Below are positions 17,501 through 32,700 of a stretch of 64,000 bases of DNA, one piece after another; the stretch's first letter is position 1, and each line of letters begins with the position of its first letter. This DNA is from Bugula neritina (lineage: Eukaryota > Animalia > Bryozoa), in assembly GCA_964035545.1 (NCBI GenBank), contig CAXIUT010000183.1, positions 620,001 to 684,000 on the forward strand. Direction: 5' to 3'. The notes beneath the pieces were generated by a model that was not told where the DNA came from, did not search any database, and saw nothing but the letters and a program-made list of their open reading frames with translations. The translations under genes and the position numbers were made by a program.

Positions 17501-18580
17501 ATATATGGTAAACTACTGAAATATACTTTAACACATTGACAAATACTGCAACATACTAAAATATACCGTAACACACTGCAAGATACTGCAACATACCGAA
17601 ATACACTGTAACATACTGAAACACACTGCAACATACTGCATTATACTGACATACACTGGAACATATTGAAATACACTGCAACACAATGAAATATACTGCA
17701 ACATACCAAAATATATGGTAAACTACTGAAATATACTTTAACACATTGAAAAATACTGCAACATACTGAAATATACTGTAACACACTGAAATATACTGCA
17801 ACATACTGAAATACACTGTAACATACTGAAATAAACTGTAACATACTGAAATACACTGCAACATCCTACAACATACTGAATTACACTGTAACATTGTGAA
17901 ATACACTGCAACACATTGAAAAATACTGCGACATACCGAAATATACGGTAAACTATTGAATTATACTGTAACACATTGAAAAATACTGAAACACACTGAA
18001 ATATACTCTGACACAATGCAATATACTGTAACATACTGAAATATGCTGTAGCACACTGAAATACACTGCAACTCACTGAAATATACTACAACATACTGAA
18101 AAACACTGTAACATATTGAAACATACTGCAACATACTACAACATATTGAAAGACACTGCAACACATTGAAATATACTGCAACATACCTAAATATCCGGTA
18201 ATATACTGAAATATACTGTAACACATTGAAAAATACTACAACATACTGAAATACACTGTAACATATTGAAATACACTGCAACACATTGAAATATACTGCA
18301 ACCTATAGAAATATATAGTAAACTACTGAAATATACTGTAACACATTGAAAAAGACTGCAACATACTGAAACATACTGCGACACATTGCAATATACAGTA
18401 ACATACTGAAACATGCTGTAGAACACTGAAATAGACTGCAGCTCACTGAAATATACTGCAACATACTGAAATACACTGCTACATACTGAAATATACTGCA
18501 ACATACTGCAACATACTGAAATACACTGTAACATACTGAAATACACTGCAACAAACTACAACATATTGAAATACACTGCA
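11515..18580. repeat. Block copy of ~3030-10095 (offset 8485; 8465 between two 20-bp indels)
   Basis: ORF pairs 3303/11788, 4733/13218, 6588/15053, 8298/16763, 9496/17961. A 20-bp deletion lies near 14890 and another near 9780. Confidence 0.85.
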
Positions 18581-21500
18581 ACGCATTGAAAGACACTGCA
18601 ACACATTGAAATATACTGCAATATACCAATATATATGGTAAACTGCTGAAATATACTTTAACACATTGAAAAATACTGCAACATACTGAAATATACTGTA
18701 ACACACTGAAATATACTGCAACATACTGCAACAATCTGAAATACACCGTAACATACTGAAATACACTGCAACAAACTACAACATATTGAAATACACTGCA
18801 ACACATTGAAATATACTGCAACATACCTAAATATACGGCAATATACCGAAAAAAAAACTGTAACAGATTGAAAAATTCTGCAACATACTGAAATAAACTG
18901 CAACACACTGAAATACACCGCAAAATACTACAACATACTGAAATACACTGTAACATATTGAAATACACTGCAACACTTTGAAATATACTGCAACATACCG
19001 AAATACATGTTAAACTACTAAAATATACTGTAACACTTTGAAAAACAGTGCAACATACTGAAATATACTGCGACACTTTGCAATGTACTGTAACATACTG
19101 AAATATGCTGTAGCACACTGAAATACACTGCAACTCACTGAAATATACTGCAACATATTGAAATACACTGCAACATCCTACAACATGCTAAAATACACGG
19201 TAACATATTGAAATACAGTACAACACGTTGAAATATACTGCAACATACCGGAATATATGGTAAAGTACTGAAATATACTGTAACACACTGAAAAATACTG
19301 CAACATACTGAAATATACTGCGACACATTGCAATATACTGCAACATACCAAAATATATGGTAAACTACTGAAATATACTTTAACACATTGAAAAATACCG
19401 CAACATAATGAAATATACTGTAACACACTGAAATATACTGCAACATACTGAAATACACTGTAACATACTGAAATAAACTGCAACATAGCAAAATATATGG
19501 TAAACTACTGAAATATACTTTAACACATCGAAAAATCCTGCAACATACTAAAATATACTGTAACACACTGCAAGATACTGCAACATACTGAAATACACTG
19601 AAACATACTGAAATAAACTGCAACATACCAAAATACATGGTAAACTACTGAAATATACTGTAACACACTGAAAAATACTGCAACATACTGAAATATACTG
19701 CGTCACATTGCAATATACTGCAACATACCAAAATATATGGTAAACTACTGAAATATACTTTAACACATTGAAAATTACTGCAACATACTGAAATATACTG
19801 TAACACACTGAAATATACTGCAACAAACTGAAATACACTGTAACATATTGAAATAAACTGCAACATACCAAAATATATGGTAAACTACTGAAATATACTT
19901 TAACACATTGACAAATACTGCAACATACTAAAATATACCGTAACACACTGCAAGATACTGCAACATACCGAAATACACTGTAACATACTGAAACACACTG
20001 CAACATACTGCATTATACTGACATACACTGGAACATATTGAAATACACTGCAACACAATGAAATATACTGCAACATACCAAAATATATGGTAAACTACTG
20101 AAATATACTTTAACACATTGAAAAATACTGCAACATACTGAAATATACTGTAACACACTGAAATATACTGCAACATACTGAAATACACTGTAACATACTG
20201 AAATAAACTGTAACATACTGAAATACACTGCAACATCCTACAACATACTGAATTACACTGTAACATTGTGAAATACACTGCAACACATTGAAAAATACTG
20301 CGACATACCGAAATATACGGTAAACTATTGAATTATACTGTAACACATTGAAAAATACTGAAACACACTGAAATATACTCTGACACAATGCAATATACTG
20401 TAACATACTGAAATATGCTGTAGCACACTGAAATACACTGCAACTCACTGAAATATACTACAACATACTGAAAAACACTGTAACATATTGAAACATACTG
20501 CAACATACTACAACATATTGAAAGACACTGCAACACATTGAAATATACTGCAACATACCTAAATATCCGGTAATATACTGAAATATACTGTAACACATTG
20601 AAAAATACTACAACATACTGAAATACACTGTAACATATTGAAATACACTGCAACACATTCAAATATACTGCAACCTATAGAAATATATAGTAAACTACTG
20701 AAATATACTGTAACACATTGAAAAAGACTGCAACATACTGAAACATACTGCGACACATTGCAATATACAGTAACATACTGAAACATGCTGTAGAACACTG
20801 AAATAGACTGCAGCTCACTGAAATATACTGCAACATACTGAAATACACTGCTACATACTGAAATATACTGCAACATACTGCAACATACTGAAATACACTG
20901 TAACATACTGAAATACACTGCAACAAACTACAACATATTGAAATACACTGCAACACATTGAAATATACAGCAATATACCTAAATATACGGTAATATACCG
21001 AAAAAAAAACTGTAACAGATTGAAAAATTCTGCAACATACTGAAATAAACTGCAACACACTAAAATACAGCGCAAAATACTACAACATACTGAAATACAC
21101 TGTAACATATTGAAATACACTGCAACACTTTGAAATATACTGCAACATACCGAAATATATGGTAAACTACTAAAATATACTGTAACACATTGAAAAATAC
21201 CGCAACATACTGAAATATACTGCGACACATTGCAATATACAGTAACATACTGAAACATGCTGTAGCACTCTGAAATAGACTGCAGCTCACTGAAATATAC
21301 TGCAACATACTGAAATACACTGCTACATACTGAAATATACTGCAACATACTGCAACATACTGAAATACACTGTAACATACTGAAATACACTGCAACAAAC
21401 TACAACATATTGAAATACACTGCAACACATTGAAATATACTGCAACATACCTAAATATACGATAATATACCGAAAAAAAAACTGTAACAGATTGAAAAAT

Positions 21501-24500
21501 TCTGCAATATACTGAAATAAACTGCAACACACTGAAATACAGCGCAAAATACTACAACATACTGAAATACACTGTAACATATTGAAATACACTGCAACAC
21601 TTTGAAATATACTGCAACATACCGAAATATATGGTAAACTACTAAAATATACTGTAACACTTTGAAAAATAGTGCAACACACTGAAATATACTCTGACAC
21701 ATTGCAATATACTGTAACATACTGAAATATGCTGTAGCACACTGAAATACATTGCAACTCACTGAAATATACTGCAACATACTGAAATACACTGTAACAT
21801 ATTGAAAAATACTGCAACATACTGCAACATACTGAAATACACTGCAACATATTGAAAGACACTGCAAGACAATGAAATATACTGCAACATACTGAAATAT
21901 ACTGTAACACACTGAAATATACTGCAACATACTGAAATACACTGCTACATACTGAAATATACTGCAACATACTGCAACATACTGAAATACACTGTAACAT
22001 ACTGAAATACACTGCAACAAACTACAACATATTGAAATACACTGCAACACATTGAAATATACTGCAACATACCTAAATATACGGTAATATAGCGGAAAAA
22101 AACTGTAACAGATTGACAAATTCTGCAACATACTGAAATATACTGCGACACATTGCAATATACTGTAACATACTGAAATATGCTCTAGCACACTGAAATA
22201 CACTGCAACCCACTGAAATATACTGCAACATACGGAAATACACTGCAACACATTGAAATACACTGCAACATACCAAAATAAATGGTAAACTACTGAAATA
22301 TACTTTAACACATTGAAAAACACCGTAACATACTGAAATACACTGCAACAAACTACAACATATTGAAATACACTGCAACACATTGAAATACACTGCAACA
22401 TACCAAAATAAATGGTAAACTACTGAAATATACTTTAACACATTGAAAAACACTGCAACATACTGAAATATACTGTAACACACTGAAATATACTGCAACA
22501 TACTGAAATACACTGTAACATATTGAAACACACTGCAACAAACTACAACATATTGAAATACACTGCAACGCATTGAAAGACACTGCAACACATTGAAATA
22601 TACTGCAATATACCAATATATATGGTAAACTGCTGAAATATACTTTAACACATTGAAAAATACTGCAACATACTGAAATATACTGTAACACACTGAAATA
22701 TACTGCAACATACTGCAACAATCTGAAATACACCGTAACATACTGAAATACACTGCAACAAACTACAACATATTGAAATACACTGCAACACATTGAAATA
22801 TACTGCAACATACCTAAATATACGGTAATATACCGAAAAAAAAACTGTAACAGATTGAAAAATTCTGCAACATACTGAAATAAACTGCAACACACTGAAA
22901 TACACCGCAAAATACTACAACATACTGAAATACACTGTAACATATTGAAATACACTGCAACACTTTGAAATATACTGCAACATACCGAAATATATGTTAA
23001 ACTACTAAAATATACTGTAACACTTTGAAAAACAGTGCAACATACTGAAATATACTGCGACACTTTGCAATGTACTGTAACATACTGAAATATGCTGTAG
23101 CACACTGAAATACACTGCAACTCACTGAAATATACTGCAACATATTGAAATACACTGCAACATCCTACAACATGCTAAAATACACGGTAACATATTGAAA
23201 TACAGTACAACACGTTGAAATATACTGCAACATACCGGAATTAATGGTAAAGTACTGAAATATACTGTAACACACTGAAAAATACTGCAACATACTGAAA
23301 TATACTGCGACACATTGCAAGATACTGCAACATACCAAAATATATGGTAAACTACTGAAATATACTTTAACACATTGAAAAATACTGCAACATAATGAAA
23401 TATACTGTAACACACTGAAATATACTGCAACATACCGAAATACACTGTAACATACTGAAACACACTGCAACATACTGCATTATACTGACATACACTGGAA
23501 CATATTGAAATACACTGCAACACAATGAAATATACTGCAACATACCAAAATATATGGTAAACTACTGAAATATACTTTAACACATTGAAAAATACTGCAA
23601 CATACTGAAATATACTGTAACACACCGAAATATACTGCAACATACTGAAATACACTGTAACATACTGAAATAAACTGTAACATACTGAAATACACTGCAA
23701 CATCCTACAACATACTGAATTACACTGTAACATTGTGAAATACACTGCAACACATTGAAAAATACTGCAACATACCGAAGTATACGGTAAACTATTGAAT
23801 TATACTGTAACATATTGAAAAATACTGAAACACACTGAAATATACTCTGACACAATGCAATATACTGTAACATACTGAAATATGCTGTAGCACACTGAAA
23901 TACACTGCAACTCACTGAAATATACTACAACATACTGAAAAACACTGTAACATATTGAAACATACTGCAACATACTACAACATATTGAAAGACACTGCAA
24001 CACATTGAAATATACTGCAACATACCTAAATATCCGGTAATATACTGAAATATACTGTAACACATTGAAAAATACTACAACATACTGAAATACACTGTAA
24101 CATACTGAAATACACTGCAACAAACTACAACACATTGAAATACACTGCAACACATTGAAATATACTGCAACATACCTAAATATACGGTAATATACCGAAA
24201 AAAAAACTGTAACAGATTGAAAAATTCTGCAACATACTGAAATAAACGGCAACACACTGAAATACAGCGGAAAATACTACAACATACTGAAATACACTGT
24301 AACATATTGAAATACACTGCAACACTTTGAAATATACTGCAACATACCGAAATATATGGTAAACTACTAAAATATACTGTAACACTTTGAAAAATAGTGC
24401 AACACACTGAAATATACTCTGACACATTGCAATATACTGTAACATACTGAAATATGCTGTAGCACACTGAAATACATTGCAACTCACTGAAATATACTGC

Positions 24501-25555
24501 AACATACTGCAATCCACTGTAACATATTGAAAAATACTGCAACATACTACAACATACTGAAATACACTGTAACACATTGAAATATACTACAACATACCTA
24601 AATATCCGGTAATATACTGAAATATACTGTAACACATTGAAAAATACTGCAACATACTGAAATACACTGCAACCCACTGAAATACATCGCAAAATACTAC
24701 AACATACTGAAATACACTGTAACATATTGAAATACACTGCAACATACTGAAATACATTGCAAAATACTGCAACATATTGAAATACACTGCAGCATCCTAC
24801 AACATGCTGAAATACACTGTAACATATTGAAATACACTGCAACACATTGAAATATACTGCAACATACCGCAATATATGGTAAACTACTGAAATATACTGT
24901 AACACATTGAAAAATACTGCATCATACTGAAATATACTGCGACACAATGCAATATTCTGTAACATACTGAGATATGCTGTAGCACACTGAAATACACTAC
25001 AACTCACTGAAACATACTGCAACATACTGAAATACACTGTAACATCCTACAACATACTGAAATACACAGTAACATATTGAAATACACTGCAACACATTGA
25101 AATATACTGCAACATACCTAAATATACGGTAATATACTGAAAAATACTGTAACACATTGAAAAATACTGCAAGATACTGAAATATACTGTGACACATTGC
25201 AATATACTGTAACATACTGAAATATGCTCAAGCACACTGAAACACACTGCACCTCACTGAAACATACTGCAACATACTGAAATACACTGCAACATCCTAC
25301 AACATACTGAAATACACTGCAACATATTGAAAGACACTGCAAGACAATGAAATATACTGCAACATACTGAAATATACCGTAACACACTGAAATATACTGC
25401 AACATACTGAAATACACTGCTACATACTGAAATATACTGCAACATACTGCAACATACTGAAATACACTGTAACATACTGAAATACACTGCAACAAACTAC
25501 AACATATTGAAATACACTGCAACACATTGAAATATACTGCAACATACCTAAATAT
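18545..25555. repeat. Block copy of ~7705-14700 (offset 10837/10857); creates an apparent 2372-bp tandem repeat with 16.2-18.55 kb
   Basis: ORF pairs 8298/19135, 9818/20675, 13218/24075, 14397/25254, plus shared rare variants catagcaaaa and cattcaaata. Confidence 0.85.
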
Positions 25556-27829
25556 ACGATAATATACCGAAAAAAAAACTGTAACAGATTGAAAAATTCT
25601 GCAATATACTGAAATAAACTGCAACACACTGAAATACAGCGCAAAATACTACAACATACTGAAATACACTGTAACATATTGAAATACACTGCAACACTTT
25701 GAAATATACTGCAACATACCGAAATATATGGTAAACTACTAAAATATACTGTAACACTTTGAAAAATAGTGCAACACACTGAAATATACTCTGACACATT
25801 GCAATATACTGTAACATACTGAAATATGCTGTAGCACACTGAAATACATTGCAACTCACTGAAATATACTGCAACATACTGAAATACACTGTAACATATT
25901 GAAAAATACTGCAACATACTGCAACATACTGAAATACACTGCAACATATTGAAAGACACTGCAAGACAATGAAATATACTGCAACATACTGAAATATACT
26001 GTAACACACTGAAATATACTGCAACATACTGAAATACACTGCTACATACTGAAATATACTGCAACATACTGCAACATACTGAAATACACTGTAACATACT
26101 GAAATACACTGCAACAAACTACAACATATTGAAATACACTGCAACACATTGAAATATACTGCAACATACCTAAATATACGGTAATATAGCGGAAAAAAAC
26201 TGTAACAGATTGACAAATTCTGCAACATACTGAAATATACTGCGACACATTGCAATATACTGTAACATACTGAAATATGCTCTAGCACACTGAAATACAC
26301 TGCAACCCACTGAAATATACTGCAACATACGGAAATACACTGCAACACATTGAAATACACTGCAACATACGAAAATAAACGGTAAACTACTGAAATATAC
26401 TTTAACACATTGAAAAACACCGTAACATACTGAAATACACTGCAACAAACTACAACATATTGAAATACACTGCAACACATTGAAATACACTGCAACATAC
26501 CAAAATAAATGGTAAACTACTGAAATATACTTTAACACATTGAAAAACACTGCAACATACTGAAATATACTGTAACACACTGAAATATACTGCAACATAC
26601 TGAAATACACTGTAACATATTGAAACACACTGCAACAAACTACAACATATTGAAATACACTGCAACGCATTGAAAGACACTGCAACACATTGAAATATAC
26701 TGCAATATACCAATATATATGGTAAACTGCTGAAATATACTTTAACACATTGAAAAATACTGCAACATACTGAAATATACTGTAACACACTGAAATATAC
26801 TGCAACATACTGCAACAATCTGAAATACACCGTAACATACTGAAATACACTGCAACAAACTACAACATATTGAAATACACTGCAACACATTGAAATATAC
26901 TGCAACATACCTAAATATACGGTAATATACCGAAAAAAAAACTGTAACAGATTGAAAAATTCTGCAACATACTGAAATAAACTGCAACACACTGAAATAC
27001 ACCGCAAAATACTACAACATACTGAAATACACTGTAACATATTGAAATACACTGCAACACTTTGAAATATACTGCAACATACCGAAATATATGTTAAACT
27101 ACTAAAATATACTGTAACACTTTGAAAAACAGTGCAACATACTGAAATATACTGCGACACTTTGCAATGTACTGTAACATACTGAAATATGCTGTAGCAC
27201 ACTGAAATACACTGCAACTCACTGAAATATACTGCAACATATTGAAATACACTGCAACATCCTACAACATGCTAAAATACACGGTAACATATTGAAATAC
27301 GGCACAACACGTTGAAATATACTGCAACATACCGGAATATATGGTAAAGTACTGAAATATACTGTAACACACTGAAAAATACTGCAACATACTGAAATAT
27401 ACTGCGACACATTGCAATATACTGCAACATACCAAAATATATGGTAAACTACTGAAATATACTTTAACACATTGAAAAATACTGCAACATACTGAAATAT
27501 ACTGTAACACACTGAAACATACTGCAACATACTGAAATACACTGTAACATACTGAAATAAACTGCAACATACCAAAATATATGGTAAACTACTGAAATAT
27601 ACTTTAACACATTGAAAATTCCTGCAACATACTAAAATATACTGTAACACACTGCAAGATACTGCAACATACCGAAATACACTGTAACATAGTGAAACAC
27701 ACTGCAACATACTGCATTATACTGACATACACTGGAACATATTGAAATACACTGCAACATCCTACAACATGCTGAAATACGCTGTAACATATTGAAATAC
27801 ACTGCAACACATTGAAAAATACTGCAACA

Positions 27830-29760
27830 TACCGAAATATATGGTAAACTATTGAATTATACTGTAACACATTGAAAAATACTGAAACAAACTGAAATAT
27901 ACTCTGACACAATGCAAAATACTGTAACATACTGAAATATGCTGTAGCACACTGAAATACACTGCAACTCACTGAAATATACTGCAACATACTGAAAAAC
28001 ACTGTAACATATTGAGACATACTGCAACATACTGCAACATACTGAAATACACTGTAACATACTGAAATACATTGCAAAATACTGCAACATATTGAAATAC
28101 ACTGCAACACATTGAAATATACTGCAACATACCTAAATATCCGGTAATATACTGAGATATACTGTAACACATTGAAAAATACTGCAACATACTGAAATAC
28201 ACTGCAACCCACTGAAATACATCGCAAAAGACTACAACATACTGAAATACACTGTAACATATTGAAATACACTGCAACACATTGAAATATACTGCAACCT
28301 ATAGAAATATATGGTAAACTACTGAAATATACTGTAACACATTGAAAAATACTGCATCATACTGAAATATACTGCGACATAATGCAATATTCTGTAACAT
28401 ACTGAGATATGCTGTAGCACACTGAAATACACTACAACTCACAGAAACATACTGCAACATACTGAAATACACTGTACCATCCTACAACATACTGAAATAC
28501 ACAGTAACATATTGAAATACACTGCAACACATTGAAATATACTGCAACATACCTAAATATACGGTAATATACTGAAATATACTGTATCACATTGAAAAAT
28601 ACTGCAAGATACTGAAATATACTGTGACACATTGCAATATACTGTAACATACTGAAATATGCTCAAGCACACTGAAACACACTGCACCTCACTGAAATAA
28701 ACTGCAACATACTGAAGTACACTGCAACATCCTACAACATACTGAAATACAATGTAACATATTGAAACACACTGCAACACATTGAAATATACTGCCATGT
28801 ACCGAATTATATGGTGGTCTACTGAAATATACTGTAACACATTGAAAAATACTGCAAGATACTGAAATATACTGCGACACATTGCAATATACTGTAACAT
28901 ACCGAAATATATGGTAAACTATTGAATTATACTGTAACACATTGAAAAATACTGAAACAAACTGAAATATACTCTGACACAATGCAAAATACTGTAACAT
29001 ACTGAAATATGCTGTAGCACACTGAAATACACTGCAACTCACTGAAATATACTGCAACATACTGAAAAACACTGTAACATATTGAGACATACTGCAACAT
29101 ACTGCAACATACTGAAATACACTGTAACATACTGAAATACATTGCAAAATACTGCAACATATTGAAATACACTGCAACACATTGAAATATACTGCAACAT
29201 ACCTAAATATCCGGTAATATACTGAGATATACTGTAACACATTGAAAAATACTGCAACATACTGAAATACACTGCAACCCACTGAAATACATCGCAAAAG
29301 ACTACAACATACTGAAATACACTGTAACATATTGAAATACACTGCAACACATTGAAATATACTGCAACCTATAGAAATATATGGTAAACTACTGAAATAT
29401 ACTGTAACACATTGAAAAATACTGCATCATACTGAAATATACTGCGACATAATGCAATATTCTGTAACATACTGAGATATGCTGTAGCACACTGAAATAC
29501 ACTACAACTCACTGAAACATACTGCAACATACTGAAATACACTGTAACATCCTACAACATACTGAAATACACAGTAACATATTGAAATACACTGCAACAC
29601 ATTGAAATATACTGCAACATACCTAAATATACGGTAATATACTGAAATATACTGTATCACATTGAAAAATACTGCAAGATACTGAAATATACTGTGACAC
29701 ATTGCAATATACTGTAACATACTGAAATATGCTCAAGCACACTGAAACACACTGCACCTC
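27830..29760. repeat. Local duplication, offset 1070 bp (also present at +14209)
   Basis: ORF pairs 27857/28927, 27969/29039, 28432/29502. Confidence 0.85.
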
Positions 29761-32700
29761 ACTGAAACATACTGCAACATACTGAAATACACTGCAACAT
29801 CCTACAACATACTGAAATACACTGCAACATATTGAAAGACACTGCAAGACAATGAAATATACTGCAACATACTGAAATATACTGTAACACACTGAAATAT
29901 ACTGCAACATACTGAAATACACTGCTACATACTGAAATATACTGCAACATACTGCAACATACTGAAATACACTGTAACATACTGAAATACACTGCAACAA
30001 ACTACAACATATTGAAATACACTGCAACACATTGAAATATACTGCAACATACCTAAATATACGGTAATATAGCGGAAAAAAACTGTAACAGATTGACAAA
30101 TTCTGCAACATACTGAAATATACTGCGACGCATTGCAATATACTGTAACATACTGAAATATGCTCTAGCACACTGAAATACACTGCAACCCACTGAAATA
30201 TACTGCAACATACGGAAATACACTGCAACACATTGAAATACACTGCAACATACCAAAATAAATGGTAAACTACTGAAATATACTTTAACACATTGAAAAA
30301 TACTGCAACATACTGAAATATACTGTAACACACTGAAATATACTGCAACATACTGAAATACACTGTAACATATTGAAATACACTGCAACAAACTACAACA
30401 TATTGAAATACACTGCAACGCATTGAAAGACACTGCAACACATTGAAATATACTGCAATATACCAATATATATGGTAAACTGCTGAAATATACTTTAACA
30501 CAATGAAAAATACTGCAACATACTGAAATATACTGTAACACACTGAAATATACTGCAACATACTGCAACAATCTGAAATACACTGTAACATACTGAAATA
30601 CACTGCAACAAACTACAACATATTGAAATACACTGCAACACATTGAAATATACTGCAACATACCTAAATATACGGTAATATACCGAAAAAAAAACTGTAA
30701 CAGATTGAAAAATTCTGCAACATACTGAAATAAACTGCAACACACTGAAATACACCGCAAAATACTACAACATACTGAAATACACTGTAACATATTGAAA
30801 TACACTGCAACACTTTGAAATATACTGCAACATACCGAAATACATGTTAAACTACTAAAATATACTGTAACACTTTGAAAAACAGTGCAACATACTGAAA
30901 TATACTGCGACACTTTGCAATGTACTGTAACATACTGAAATATGCTGTAGCACACTGAAATACACTGCAACTCACTGAAATATACTGCAACATATTGAAA
31001 TACACTGCAACATCCTACAACATGCTAAAATACACGGTAACATATTGAAATACAGTACAACACGTTGAAATATACTGCAACATACCGGAATATATGGTAA
31101 AGTACTGAAATATACTGTAACACACTGAAAAATACTGCAACATACTGAAATATACTGCGACACATTGCAATATACTGCAACATACCAAAATATATGGTAA
31201 ACTACTGAAATATACTTTAACACATTGAAAAATACCGCAACATAATGAAATATACTGTAACACACTGAAATATACTGCAACATACTGAAATACACTGTAA
31301 CATACTGAAATAAACTGCAACATACCAAAATATATGGTAAACTACTGAAATATACTTTAACACATCGAAAAATCCTGCAACATACTAAAATATACTGTAA
31401 CACACTGCAAGATACTGCAACATACTGAAATACACTGAAACATACTGAAATAAACTGCAACATACCAAAATACATGGTAAACTACTGAAATATACTGTAA
31501 CACACTGAAAAATACTGCAACATACTGAAATATACTGCGTCACATTGCAATATACTGCAACATACCAAAATATATGGTAAACTACTGAAATATACTTTAA
31601 CACATTGAAAATTACTGCAACATACTGAAATATACTGTAACACACTGAAATATACTGCAACAAACTGAAATACACTGTAACATATTGAAATAAACTGCAA
31701 CATACCAAAATATATGGTAAACTACTGAAATATACTTTAACACATTGACAAATACTGCAACATACTAAAATATACCGTAACACACTGCAAGATACTGCAA
31801 CATACCGAAATACACTGTAACATACTGAAACACACTGCAACATACTGCATTATACTGACATACACTGGAACATATTGAAATACACTGCAACACAATGAAA
31901 TATACTGCAACATACCAAAATATATGGTAAACTACTGAAATATACTTTAACACATTGAAAAATACTGCAACATACTGAAATATACTGTAACACACTGAAA
32001 TATACTGCAACATACTGAAATACACTGTAACATACTGAAATAAACTGTAACATACTGAAATACACTGCAACATCCTACAACATACTGAATTACACTGTAA
32101 CATTGTGAAATACACTGCAACACATTGAAAAATACTGCGACATACCGAAATATACGGTAAACTATTGAATTATACTGTAACACATTGAAAAATACTGAAA
32201 CACACTGAAATATACTCTGACACAATGCAATATACTGTAACATACTGAAATATGCTGTAGCACACTGAAATACACTGCAACTCACTGAAATATACTACAA
32301 CATACTGAAAAACACTGTAACATATTGAAACATACTGCAACATACTACAACATATTGAAAGACACTGCAACACATTGAAATATACTGCAACATACCTAAA
32401 TATCCGGTAATATACTGAAATATACTGTAACACATTGAAAAATACTACAACATACTGAAATACACTGTAACATATTGAAATACACTGCAACACATTGAAA
32501 TATACTGCAACCTATAGAAATATATAGTAAACTACTGAAATATACTGTAACACATTGAAAAAGACTGCAACATACTGAAACATACTGCGACACATTGCAA
32601 TATACAGTAACATACTGAAACATGCTGTAGAACACTGAAATAGACTGCAGCTCACTGAAATATACTGCAACATACTGAAATACACTGCTACATACTGAAA

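Noticed and set aside
16180-20920. 2372-bp repeat as a simple, recent local tandem duplication
   Set aside because: Diagnostic variants tie the second copy to the 7.7-10.1 kb block, so the 2372-bp period is better explained as a by-product of the 8485 and 10857 offsets.
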